A stretch of 64,000 nucleotides of DNA from an uncultured Oligoflexales bacterium. GTDB lineage: Bacteria; Bdellovibrionota_B; Oligoflexia; Oligoflexales; CAZLMG01. The notes below the pieces were generated by a model. That model had not been told where the DNA came from. It saw only the letters and a program-made list of their open reading frames with translations, and did no database searches. Position numbers and translations under genes: made by a program. Where the stretch lies: assembly GCA_964560765.1 (NCBI GenBank), contig CAZLMG010000001.1, positions 202,903-266,902 on the forward strand. Reading direction: 5' to 3'. This document shows positions 55,444-64,000 of the stretch, piece by piece. Numbering within the stretch: the stretch's first letter is position 1; each line of letters begins with the position of its first letter.

Positions 55444-56213
55444 TGGTTGCATTCAAGGGTTTGGGCTTTGCTTTGCTGGTGCTGGTGTATTTCGCCGGTG
55501 CCAGCTTTTTTGCAATTGGGATTCATCACCCGGAGAAACTGCGGCAGGCCCGTTTGCGCTGGTGTCAACGCTGTTCCATCTGGTGCCTGAAACTGCTGGG
55601 AATGCAAGTCGACTACGCCGATGCAGAAGCAAATACAAGCGAAGGCAAGGCCCACCTTTTCGTCAGCAACCACCTCTCCTACCTCGACATCTTGGTCGTC
55701 GCCGCGCGCTTTCCGTCAGTCTTTGTCACCTCCATGGAAATTCGCGACACACCGTTTCTCGGGCACATCGCCAAGTTAGCCGGATGTGAGTTCGTGGAAC
55801 GCCGGAATCGCTCCACGGTGGAACGCGACATCCGCGTCCTTGCTGAGATTATGCGGCAGGGAACCAGCGTCTGCTTGTTTCCGGAAGGAACCTCCACCAA
55901 TGGAACGTCGGTACTGCCTTTCAAGCGCTCGCTGCTGACATCGGCGGTAGAGGCTGAGATTGATGTGATACCTCTCTGCTTAAATTATACGCAACTCGAC
56001 GGACGGCCGGTCGATGCCGGCAATCGGGATGACCTTTGTTGGTACGGGACGATGGACTTCTTTCCGCATCTCATGCGGGTTCTGAGTCATCAGCAAATTC
56101 TTGTGAAGTTGGTCGTTTGCAACCCCATCACCTTCTCCGCTAGAATAACCCGAGATGAAATCGCTGACACCGCCTACGAACGCATTTCGGGAGCTTTCTC
56201 GCCAATTTGCTAA
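55440..56213 (+). CDS. olsA: lysophospholipid (PlsC-family) acyltransferase, OlsA-like
   Basis: H(X)4D motif NHLSYLD and FPEGTSTNG. Its ATG overlaps the olsB stop (ATGATG at 55440-55445). Confidence 0.7.
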   Translation: MMVAFKGLGFALLVLVYFAGASFFAIGIHHPEKLRQARLRWCQRCSIWCLKLLGMQVDYADAEANTSEGKAHLFVSNHLSYLDILVVAARFPSVFVTSMEIRDTPFLGHIAKLAGCEFVERRNRSTVERDIRVLAEIMRQGTSVCLFPEGTSTNGTSVLPFKRSLLTSAVEAEIDVIPLCLNYTQLDGRPVDAGNRDDLCWYGTMDFFPHLMRVLSHQQILVKLVVCNPITFSARITRDEIADTAYERISGAFSPIC

Positions 56214-56262
56214 TGGCCGCGGTTGACGGCGTGACATCTGCGTTTTCTTCTACAGGAGACCG

Positions 56263-57327
56263 TTGGTGGACCGCATCACACTGCGCGAGCGCTTGCCAGA
56301 GATTTCAGAGATTGAGCTATTGATCGAGCGACTGCAAAGTCATGCCCGCATCAATGTCGAGTGCGAGGTCACCTCCGGGACGGATCGCTTACCCATCTAC
56401 AGTATTGTCCTCGGCAGTCAAAATCCGGAAGCTCCGACATTATTGCTCACCGGTGGCATCCACGGTATCGAGCGGATCGGTTCGCGAGTCGTCATTGCCT
56501 ACCTGCATACGATTGCCGAATTGCTGCAGTGGGATGAACAAATACGCGCGGCGCTACAGCAGGTGCGATTAGTCTTCATCCCGGTCATCAACCCAGTGGG
56601 AATGCTGCGCAAGACCAGGGCTAATGGCAACGGCATTGACCTCATGCGCAATGCCCCCATTGAAGCGCTAGACCCACCGCGATTCGGTTTGCTCGCTGGC
56701 CACCGCATTTCCTCTCTTTTGCCTTGGTACCGAGGTAAGCAAGGGGCACCCATGGAGGCGGAGTCGGACGCCGTTTGTCGCGTTATCCGCCGTGAAGTGC
56801 TTGGTTCACGATTTGCTGTGGGCATCGACGTTCATTCCGGCTATGGCATGCAGGATCGAATCTGGTTTCCCTACTCACACACGCGCAAGCCCTTTCCCAA
56901 TTTGCCAGAAGTGCATGCGCTGAAGGAACTTGTCGATCGCACGCTACCAAACCACATCTACACTATTGAACCACAGGCCAGTCAATACTTGGTGCATGGC
57001 GATCTGTGGGACTACATGTACGAAGAAAATCGCGAGAAGCACCCGAACAGCCTTTTCCTGCCGTTTTGCCTCGAATTAGGCTCCTGGTTGTGGGTAAAAA
57101 AGAATCCCCGGCAATTGCTGACCGTATCTGGCGCTTTCAATCCGGAATTGCCGCATCGACTGCAGCGCACTTTGCGGCGACACCTGCTACTTTTTGATGT
57201 CGTGCTTCGCGCCGCACGTTCATATGAAAATTGGTTACCCATCCCTGCACCGGAACGGAAGCGCCAAGAACAGATCGCGTTAGCGGCCTGGTATCGCGAT
57301 GCACGCCTGGTGGCGCATGAAAATTAG
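56263..57327 (+). CDS. M14-like zinc carboxypeptidase family protein (DUF2817-like)
   Basis: LLLTGGIHGIERIG contains the HxxE zinc motif, and there is a later GIDVHSG. The start is TTG 56263 or GTG 56266, after GGAGA. Confidence 0.55.
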   Translation: MVDRITLRERLPEISEIELLIERLQSHARINVECEVTSGTDRLPIYSIVLGSQNPEAPTLLLTGGIHGIERIGSRVVIAYLHTIAELLQWDEQIRAALQQVRLVFIPVINPVGMLRKTRANGNGIDLMRNAPIEALDPPRFGLLAGHRISSLLPWYRGKQGAPMEAESDAVCRVIRREVLGSRFAVGIDVHSGYGMQDRIWFPYSHTRKPFPNLPEVHALKELVDRTLPNHIYTIEPQASQYLVHGDLWDYMYEENREKHPNSLFLPFCLELGSWLWVKKNPRQLLTVSGAFNPELPHRLQRTLRRHLLLFDVVLRAARSYENWLPIPAPERKRQEQIALAAWYRDARLVAHEN

Positions 57328-58087
57328 ACCTCGTCGATGGCTTTTTCTGCGCGGACTCATTCGCTCGCAAGATCATTGGCTGGGATTTCGCGAACAATTC
57401 GCTGATCACTTGCAAGTTCAAACAGTAGCATTTGATATTGCTGGCGTGGGCAAGCGCTTTGCGGAAACCTCGGCGACCAATATCGACGCCATGATCGACG
57501 ACTTGCGACAACAGTGGTTAACCGTCAAGTCAGGGGATGATGCATGGGGTATTCTCGCCATCTCGCTGGGGGGCATGCTGGCGCTGCAATGGCTGACAAG
57601 GCATCCCCAAGACTTCGAGGCTGCCGTCATCATTAATAGCAGCCTACGTGGGTTGTCTCCCGCCTACCGACGCCTGCAGCCAGAAGTGCTGCGTCGCGGG
57701 TTACCCATGCTTTGGCGACGACAACCCGTCGACCGAGAAAAAATTATTTTGCGGCTCACCAGCAACGTCGATGCGCGTCGTGACTGGGCTCTGCCGCAAT
57801 GGACGGACATCGCCCAGCGCTTTCCCATTGGCAACATCAATGCTGTGCGACAATTACTGGCTGCCAGTCGTTGCCCTACTCCACCGGCGCCACTGCCGGT
57901 ACCGACGTTGGTGTTAGCCTCGACGGAAGATCGGATCGTTCACCCATCCTGCTCCATCGCCATTGCCAGGCACTATGGAACCGCATACGATGAACGAACG
58001 TGCGTGGGACATGACTTGCCGCTCGACGATCCGGCCTGGACTTGTGAAACTATTCACCGGTGGCTTGGCAAGATCTTTCCCGGTTAG
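57317..58087 (+). CDS. alpha/beta-fold hydrolase
   Basis: Nucleophile-elbow-like ILAISLGGMLAL, a late Asp (STEDRIV) and a late His (VGHDLPLD). The start is ATG 57317, overlapping the upstream gene end. Confidence 0.65.
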   Translation: MKIRPRRWLFLRGLIRSQDHWLGFREQFADHLQVQTVAFDIAGVGKRFAETSATNIDAMIDDLRQQWLTVKSGDDAWGILAISLGGMLALQWLTRHPQDFEAAVIINSSLRGLSPAYRRLQPEVLRRGLPMLWRRQPVDREKIILRLTSNVDARRDWALPQWTDIAQRFPIGNINAVRQLLAASRCPTPPAPLPVPTLVLASTEDRIVHPSCSIAIARHYGTAYDERTCVGHDLPLDDPAWTCETIHRWLGKIFPG

Positions 58088-58103
58088 AACTTGAGGACTC
58101 GCC

Positions 58104-58754
58104 ATGAACTTAGACAAAATCCGGCAAGAAATATGCGATATCGGGCAAATGTTGCACGCCAAAAGTTTTCTCGCGGCAGCTGATGGTAACATTAGCGTCC
58201 GCGTGGATGAGCAGCGCATCGTCATTACGCCCAGTGGACGCCACAAAGGATCCCTCGAACCAAGCTACCTGGCGATGATCACCCCCGATGATCAAACGAT
58301 CGCCGGCACTCCATCCAGTGAGAGTGCCATGCACTGCGCGATCTATGCAGCCATCGGCCGTGCAAAGGCCATCGTGCATGCACATCCGGTGCACTGCATC
58401 GCTTGGACTGTAGCGAAACCTACGCACCAGGAGTTACCACTCGGCGCCGTACCAGAAGTCCTATTGGGAATGGGGCGAGCACCTATCATTCCTTACGCAC
58501 CTCCAGGTAGCAAGCAACTTGCTGAAAATTTGGCTAAAGCGGCGCGCGAGAGTCGAGTGCTCATCATGGCGCGCCACGGCGTCGTGAGCTGGGGCGAATC
58601 GCTGATCGAGGCCTATATGGGCATCGAGAGGGTCGAACATGCTGCGCATGTGTTAACCATGGCTCAGCTTATGGGGGGCGTCACCGAATTGAGCCAGCAA
58701 GAGGTCACCGAGTTGCGGAAGCTCCGTTCCATTCTGGGTGAGCAAACTCGATAA
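58104..58754 (+). CDS. class II aldolase/adducin-family protein
   Basis: SSESAMHCAIY and AIVHAHPVHCIAW (metal-binding His cluster). 216 aa. Confidence 0.75.
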   Translation: MNLDKIRQEICDIGQMLHAKSFLAAADGNISVRVDEQRIVITPSGRHKGSLEPSYLAMITPDDQTIAGTPSSESAMHCAIYAAIGRAKAIVHAHPVHCIAWTVAKPTHQELPLGAVPEVLLGMGRAPIIPYAPPGSKQLAENLAKAARESRVLIMARHGVVSWGESLIEAYMGIERVEHAAHVLTMAQLMGGVTELSQQEVTELRKLRSILGEQTR

Positions 58755-58781
58755 GTAATAGGTGCATGATAGAGGGCCCCA

Positions 58782-60080
58782 CTAAGTGCTGATGCGACGT
58801 AGATAGGCAACGGTCTCGACGTGATAGGTATTCGGAAAGAAGTCAAATCCCTGCAAATCTACGAGCGCGTACCCCTTGCGCACCAAGCGCCCAAGATCGC
58901 GGGCCAGCGTCGTCGGATCGCAACTCACATAGATGACATGTTGAGGTTGCATGACCAACAAAGGATTGACTCCTTTGAATAGACCTTCACGCGGAGGGTC
59001 GACCACCACTAAATCAAACGTCTCTCCAGCCTTGGCGCACTTCCACAAGTGGTTGACCGCATCGCCAATCAGGAATGTGGTGTTTTTAAACCCATTGGCA
59101 GCGGCCGCATGCCGCGCGCAATGAATGGCTCCGGCACTCATCTCAATTCCTTCGACGTAAGACGCCAGGCGCGCCAGAGGTAGTGAAAGGTTACCGCTGC
59201 CGCAGTAGACGTCGAGTATGCGCGACGGACGAACTTCAGTGGCACGCTGCATCACCAATTCGCGCAAATGGCGGTTATGCGCTAAATTTACCTGTTGAAA
59301 CAAACCGGGCTGAGTGAAGAAATCGATGCCGCCCCAAGTGTCGTAAACAAACTTGGGTGACTGTGGCGCGTCCTGCACAAACCCGCACCAAGCAACATCT
59401 GGACGTTCAGAAATACCGGTCAGCAGCGGGGCAAGCTCGGGCCGTCGATGCGGAAACTCCGGAAAGATGGTCAGTAGCAACTTCCCTGGATCCGTCATAT
59501 CTCGACGAAGCACCTGCACTTCCATCTTGAATGGCTGAGCCGGAATGCCGGGATAAACTTTGCCGACGACTTCAAGCAAGCAGCGATTGATGGCGGTATC
59601 GGCGATCTGACAAACATTGACCGGCACAAAGTCGCGACTGCCTCGGGCAAAGTAGCCAACGACAAGGGAACCAGAGTCGGTGATACGCCCCTTGATATGA
59701 ATGCGGTTGCGGTAGTTGAGATACCCAGGCGAAGGATGCACCTGCAGCTCCGACCAATCACCCAAGCCGCCGATACGCTGCAAGGCTGAGGCGACGAACT
59801 GGGCTTTCCATTCGAGCTGTTGGGGATAAGCAATCTGTAACCACTGACAGCCGCCACAGGCCTCGCTAAAGGCGCAAGGCGAGGGACCACGCAGGTGGCT
59901 TGGCGCAATCATACGCTGAATGCGCGCCTCGGCATAGCGCTCGTGATCGCGCAAGACTTCAATTTCAACCCGATCACCGGGAACGGCGTCGGCGACAAAG
60001 TAGACTTTGCCTTCGTAGCGGGCGATACCGGCGCCACCATAGGCGACCGCACTAATTTCAACTTCCACGGCGTCCATCAA
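58782..60080 (-). CDS. rlmD: 23S rRNA (uracil-5-)-methyltransferase RlmD/RumA family
   Basis: N-terminal TRAM-like domain, an Fe-S Cys cluster (CAFSEACGGCQWLQ), SAM motif DVYCGSGNLSLPLA and YVSCDPTTLARDL. Confidence 0.85.
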   Translation of the reverse strand: MMDAVEVEISAVAYGGAGIARYEGKVYFVADAVPGDRVEIEVLRDHERYAEARIQRMIAPSHLRGPSPCAFSEACGGCQWLQIAYPQQLEWKAQFVASALQRIGGLGDWSELQVHPSPGYLNYRNRIHIKGRITDSGSLVVGYFARGSRDFVPVNVCQIADTAINRCLLEVVGKVYPGIPAQPFKMEVQVLRRDMTDPGKLLLTIFPEFPHRRPELAPLLTGISERPDVAWCGFVQDAPQSPKFVYDTWGGIDFFTQPGLFQQVNLAHNRHLRELVMQRATEVRPSRILDVYCGSGNLSLPLARLASYVEGIEMSAGAIHCARHAAAANGFKNTTFLIGDAVNHLWKCAKAGETFDLVVVDPPREGLFKGVNPLLVMQPQHVIYVSCDPTTLARDLGRLVRKGYALVDLQGFDFFPNTYHVETVAYLRRIST

Positions 60081-60457
60081 CTCTTTTTCTTGCCACGGCT
60101 CCTACTGGTCTTGGATGGTTTTGCCGCCGCTTCGTCCTTGGCTTCGGACTTTTTCGGTACAAGCTCCAAACTGATCTGCAATTTGCGGTTTTCTAGCACT
60201 TGTTGCAAGGGCTCTTTCACGACAGCTGCAATGGCTTGGCCAATCTCACGACACAAGACCTGAACGATCTCGTCCTTGCCCTTGCCAGCCCAAGCCGCCA
60301 CCGAACCCAGCAAATCCTTGGCGGCCCATAGATCCATGCGAGGTTCGCCTTCACGCGCCTCTTCGCCCTCACCCGATCGGGACTCGCGCCCCTTGGTAAT
60401 GGTTGCAATCACCGTGCGCAATACCTGATCGCGAATACCTTTGATCTCATCCACCAT
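60077..60457 (-). CDS. hypothetical protein with a Lys-rich tail
   Basis: 126 aa. Its stop overlaps the rlmD start by 4 nt. The C-terminus is KKSEAKDEAAAKPSKTSRSRGKKKS. Confidence 0.5.
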   Translation of the reverse strand: MVDEIKGIRDQVLRTVIATITKGRESRSGEGEEAREGEPRMDLWAAKDLLGSVAAWAGKGKDEIVQVLCREIGQAIAAVVKEPLQQVLENRKLQISLELVPKKSEAKDEAAAKPSKTSRSRGKKKS

Positions 60458-60466
60458 GGCGATCCT

Positions 60467-60763
60467 CTATAATAGATCTAACAGGGTCTTGGGAAGCACG
60501 GGATGCTGGGTCTTGGTAAAGTCCAGATTATGCCGGCGAATGTCCGACTCTAAGCTGACGGCGATGTCTCGGGCGCGAGCCGTTGTCGTCAGGTTGGCCC
60601 GCACGGCGCGAATCTTGGCCGTCATTTCGGCAACGTTATCCCGCTCTAACGTTTCTTCTTCATCAGGATGCCGCTTGGCCTGGTCGGCCACCAAGTCACT
60701 GATGCATGCAACTTCCTGCTCAGTCAACGGCTTTTGACGACGATCAATAATTCTTAGTCCCAT
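60467..60763 (-). CDS. small hypothetical protein
   Basis: An internal ATG at 60763 (MGLRIIDRRQKPLTEQE...) lies 4 nt after the PilZ gene stop. The longer ORF-track version (to 60958) would overlap the PilZ gene. Confidence 0.45.
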   Translation of the reverse strand: MGLRIIDRRQKPLTEQEVACISDLVADQAKRHPDEEETLERDNVAEMTAKIRAVRANLTTTARARDIAVSLESDIRRHNLDFTKTQHPVLPKTLLDLL

Positions 60764-60767
60764 GAGT

Positions 60768-61514
60768 TCACCCAGGTATGGTTTCGATAAGTTGATCTTT
60801 GACGGGCAACGGTAGTGCCATGATGACATCATAGGCAAACTGTGCTTTGCGCTTATCCACAGTTGGATCGTGTGCACTGGAGTTTTGAGCCTCATCGCTG
60901 CGAATATCGACCGCACCGACCTGCTGGGCCACGGTTCCCGTGCGCACACCGCTAGCAACTGTCCACTCGACCAGATCAGTCTTGGTGATCAATTGCCAGG
61001 ACGCAATCTTGCCAGCATGATCTAACCACACATAAAGATCAGTCTCTTCGTCGCCGTGAAACCACTGCTTGGCTGTATGCTTTTCTGCCATAAACGCCGA
61101 ATCGACTTGCCGCAATGATGCCGCGATTTCCATCGGACGCAGCAGACGCTGCATGAATTGCAGAGTGCGCGGCGTTGGCTCGACAAATTCAAAGCCAACC
61201 GTATCGTCACCCTTCCAGCTCACCTTTGCCTTAATATCGAAGATCTCACCGAGATAACGCATTTTCGCCAGATACATATCGCCAATGTTCATTTGCTCGC
61301 GCAGTCGATCCGACAGCGAGGTGCTGAGTCCCTTAGCTGATATATCGCGGACCTGCAAAATCTCTTGATCACTGAGCATGGTTAAGTGCTTGAAGTCGAC
61401 ATTGAATCGCTCGTAAATGCGCCGATTGCGCCGACGCGGCTCCCGCGACTCAGCCTCTTGGTTGCCTTGAGCGCGACCAGCAAAAATCTTTTCCAAAAGA
61501 AACATGTGAAACAT
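60768..61514 (-). CDS. PilZ-domain (c-di-GMP-binding) protein
   Basis: RRRNRRIYERF ... VRDISAKGLS matches the bipartite RxxxR / (D/N)xSxxG PilZ motif. The start is ATG 61514, ATG 61505 or TTG 61532. Confidence 0.7.
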   Translation of the reverse strand: MFHMFLLEKIFAGRAQGNQEAESREPRRRNRRIYERFNVDFKHLTMLSDQEILQVRDISAKGLSTSLSDRLREQMNIGDMYLAKMRYLGEIFDIKAKVSWKGDDTVGFEFVEPTPRTLQFMQRLLRPMEIAASLRQVDSAFMAEKHTAKQWFHGDEETDLYVWLDHAGKIASWQLITKTDLVEWTVASGVRTGTVAQQVGAVDIRSDEAQNSSAHDPTVDKRKAQFAYDVIMALPLPVKDQLIETIPG

Positions 61515-61724
61515 GCTGCTACCTGATGACAAAACGACGTTTAGGCAGAAGTTCTAGGGGCCGAATCTGAATCCGGCAGACTTTGAAAAACCACCTGATT
61601 TCACTAACCTAATCGTCGCATATCCCTGGACTTTTAGCTAGTTTGCTTGGGCAAACTCCGTTTTGTGACGATAGGGAAATGCCGAGATTTTTGCCAATTG
61701 GTTTGTACCGCTTAAGGTTCGAGA

Positions 61725-62861
61725 ATGGGTCCTAGCTGGTTAAAATTTGCCGCGCGCTGGCGTGTTGCCTGGATGATTCTTGCCGGGTGGCTTTTCGCGT
61801 CGCCGACAGCTTTGGCCCGCAAGACGGACAACCCAATCTATGAAGATCCTTTCGACATCGCTTGCGGCGGTGCGTCGCTGACTCGCTCTAGCCGCAACGG
61901 TGTCATCTTTGCCAATCCAGCGTTGATGCCATACGGTGGGGCCTTTCATCGCTGGCTCGGCAATCAAACGAGCATCATTGCATCGCCTGATAGTGCGCGA
62001 TTCATCGACCAAGAGCGAGGAATAGGCGCCCAACAGTCCGCAGCCGACATCGTCGATTTGGCACTGAATACACCCATTCACTTCGGCTTCAACACGATGT
62101 TTTCCTGGATTTTGAACAACGTGGGCATCGGCCTTTTTTCCCACATGGAATTCGACATCCGTGGTCGAGAACGAGCGGACGATTTTCTGCCGTCCATTCG
62201 CTTCCGCGCTGACGGTTACGGCGGGGTTGGAATTGGGATGGGCTTTCGCACCGTACGCTGGTTATCACTGGGGATCACTGCCAAAGCCATTGCCGCCGCT
62301 GAGCCAGATATATCCATCTCGTTGACTGACCAGGAAGCTATCGCAGCACTGAGCGACTATAAGGGATTGTTGCGCGATAGTGGAATTGGTCTCGGCATTG
62401 GCGGAGATCTCGGAATGCTCATGTTCTTTCAAGGAAAGACGATCGATTATAGGTTTGCTTTAAAAATTGACGACGTTGGCGACACATCCTTTCGGCCGAT
62501 TTCACTGGGGGGAGACGGGGAAGATGTGATTCGAGCTCCATTTGAGCAGACGTACAGTGTTGGCACAAGCGTGACTTTGCACAATGCCGCCGATGCCATC
62601 CATTTCTCGCTGGACTATCGCGACATCACCAATGAGTACGATCAGCCGATATTTCGCCGCATCCATGCCGGAACGCGGGTTGTTCTGAGGGAGTTCGTGG
62701 GCTTTGGCGCCGGTCTTTATGATGGTTATCCCACCTATGGGATTCAAATTGATATGGTTTTGTTAAAGCTTGGAGCATCCATCTACACGCGCGAAATGGG
62801 TGAAAACTTGGGCGACGATAAACGCAACATGTACCATGTGTACTTTGCGGCGGGTTTTTAG
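61725..62861 (+). CDS. outer-membrane beta-barrel protein, function unknown
   Basis: Signal peptide WMILAGWLFASPTALA, beta-strand-rich composition, and the C-terminal HVYFAAGF ending in Phe. Confidence 0.6.
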   Translation: MGPSWLKFAARWRVAWMILAGWLFASPTALARKTDNPIYEDPFDIACGGASLTRSSRNGVIFANPALMPYGGAFHRWLGNQTSIIASPDSARFIDQERGIGAQQSAADIVDLALNTPIHFGFNTMFSWILNNVGIGLFSHMEFDIRGRERADDFLPSIRFRADGYGGVGIGMGFRTVRWLSLGITAKAIAAAEPDISISLTDQEAIAALSDYKGLLRDSGIGLGIGGDLGMLMFFQGKTIDYRFALKIDDVGDTSFRPISLGGDGEDVIRAPFEQTYSVGTSVTLHNAADAIHFSLDYRDITNEYDQPIFRRIHAGTRVVLREFVGFGAGLYDGYPTYGIQIDMVLLKLGASIYTREMGENLGDDKRNMYHVYFAAGF

Positions 62862-62871
62862 GGAGAATGGT

Positions 62872-63600
62872 ATGAGCAACGTTCGCCATCATGTACTGAT
62901 TATCGCTGCTATCTTACTTGCCAGTTGCGGCAGCATGGGCGAGTCGCCCTTAGAAGACGTCGTTGATAAGCCGGCATCTTCAGCGGGCCGGCAGGCGATC
63001 AACGACAACAACTGGGAGGCGGCTATCACTGCCTTCAAAGCCCTGGTCGATGCTGGATCCACCGACTACACCAACCACTTGGGCCTGGCCGTGGCCTATG
63101 CCGGCTCGGTCTGTGTCGAAATCCTCGATGCCATTCTCAATCCAGAAGGCGAAAACTCAGACTGCGTGATAAGTGTTCCTGCCGACCTAGTTACAGGTGA
63201 TGAACCACTTGACATGATCAACCGCAAGATCGCCCGGCTGCAGTTGGCCGTCGAGGTCTTAGCACTCATACCAGACGAGGCTCGGCAGGATCCGGCGATT
63301 ACGAGCAGTTTTGCCATTCACTTTGCTCTATTCAATTTGATTGCTGCCCAGGCCATTCAGGAAAAGTATACGAAGCTGTCGACTGTAACTATTGAAGACT
63401 TGTCAGCGGAAGATGCGGATGCGCTCATCGCCTTTCTGGAGGCTGGTGGTTCCATTGAAAGTGTGCCTGGGATGGAAGGAATGTCCGAGGGTATTCAAGA
63501 GAAACTTGCCCAGGTGCAGAATATGCCGGGCGAGACCAACCAAGAAAAGGTACAGAATTACCTGAACCAACAGAATGGAGGTGGCGGCGGCGGGTCGTGA
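62872..63600 (+). CDS. lipoprotein, helical, function unknown
   Basis: ATG 62872 after GGGAGA gives MSNVRHHVLIIAAILLASC (lipobox LLASC). The ORF-track start at 62770 lies inside the upstream gene. The C-terminus is GGGGGGS. Confidence 0.6.
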   Translation: MSNVRHHVLIIAAILLASCGSMGESPLEDVVDKPASSAGRQAINDNNWEAAITAFKALVDAGSTDYTNHLGLAVAYAGSVCVEILDAILNPEGENSDCVISVPADLVTGDEPLDMINRKIARLQLAVEVLALIPDEARQDPAITSSFAIHFALFNLIAAQAIQEKYTKLSTVTIEDLSAEDADALIAFLEAGGSIESVPGMEGMSEGIQEKLAQVQNMPGETNQEKVQNYLNQQNGGGGGGS

Positions 63601-63897
63601 CCCTTGACCCCTGTCATCGCAGTGATGGCGCCCGAATCAAGAACCGGAACCAGTGTCAACTGACGGAGAGGCAAGTCGCTGTCCACCTCCTGGACGCGCC
63701 CCCAATCGCTAGGCGGCATGTCCCCACACTGACAGCCCAGAGGCGGCTATAACAACCTGTAATAACTAAATAAAAATAAACACCGGCGGTTGCGAACGAA
63801 ATTTGCAGAATGGGTACGGTCGAAGTGGTGTTTGCGTCACCATTGGGGTGGACGCATTTCTTGTGGACCTGAGTTTGCTGCCGAGTGGAGTCACGTC

Positions 63898-64000
63898 GTG
63901 GTTGTTGTTGTCGCACAGCATTTTCTGAAGCGGTTCTCTGTCATTGGCATTATGGTATCCGCTTTGGCATGGTCAGTCAGTGCCAGCGCCCAGTCGCCTA
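63898..64000 (+). CDS. start of an exported protein, 3' end outside the window
   Basis: An open frame runs from GTG 63898 (or ATG 63952) to the window edge. It reads FSVIGIMVSALAWSVSASAQSP, which is signal-peptide-like. Confidence 0.3.
   Translation, partial: MVVVVAQHFLKRFSVIGIMVSALAWSVSASAQSP

Noticed and set aside
63601-63897. A cobalamin riboswitch upstream of the right-edge gene (ccacactg / agcccagaggcggc vaguely resemble the GCCACTG and B12-box elements).
   Set aside because: The matches are short and imperfect, and the other conserved cobalamin-riboswitch elements are not evident. The region is retained only as an unexplained long leader.
1-64000. Looked across the whole window for transposases, integrases, phage genes, toxin-antitoxin pairs, tRNA/rRNA genes, CRISPR arrays and obvious defence-system genes.
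   Set aside because: None recognised. Intergenic regions were checked by eye for tRNA T-loop-like GGTTCGAATCC motifs and for terminal inverted repeats, without success. A tRNAscan/Infernal run would be needed to be certain.

Overview
Chromosomal window from a diderm (Gram-negative) bacterium. It has many lipoprotein, Tat and outer-membrane-barrel signatures. All calls rest on motif recognition in the supplied ORF translations and on reading the DNA; no searches were run, and the lineage cannot be assigned from this alone. I found no rRNA, tRNA, CRISPR array, transposase, integrase or prophage. Recognisable content: (i) a 10-gene, tightly overlapping minus-strand purine/urate catabolic operon at 6.8-18.4 kb: puuD, allB, alc, uraD, uraH, an unknown TIM-barrel-like gene, a class V aminotransferase, and xdhABC. 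(ii) A complete alternative complex III operon, actABCDEF, at 36.9-44.5 kb. (iii) uvrB-uvrC as one overlapping unit. (iv) An olsB-olsA ornithine-lipid pair. (v) An RNA-modification operon of a RluA-type pseudouridine synthase, a DPPY methyltransferase and a THUMP methyltransferase. (vi) Housekeeping genes: fabH, hemW, rlmD, miaE, yhbY, plus YceI, EamA and AI-2E family proteins. Most worth a second look: an octaheme c-type cytochrome translationally coupled to an internally duplicated 8-TM, four-histidine membrane protein; a left-edge operon of large unrecognisable exported proteins, including a WD40-like lipoprotein, ending in a stand-alone cNMP-binding protein; a methyltransferase carrying about 20 tandem 11-residue Arg-rich FGDRNERPARS repeats (33-bp DNA period); two distant paralogous pilin-like genes, one behind a good sigma-54 -24/-12 match; a Tat-PhoX phosphatase gene broken by a single in-frame TGA; and an uncharacterised enzyme embedded in the purine operon where a ureidoglycolate or glyoxylate step appears to be missing.
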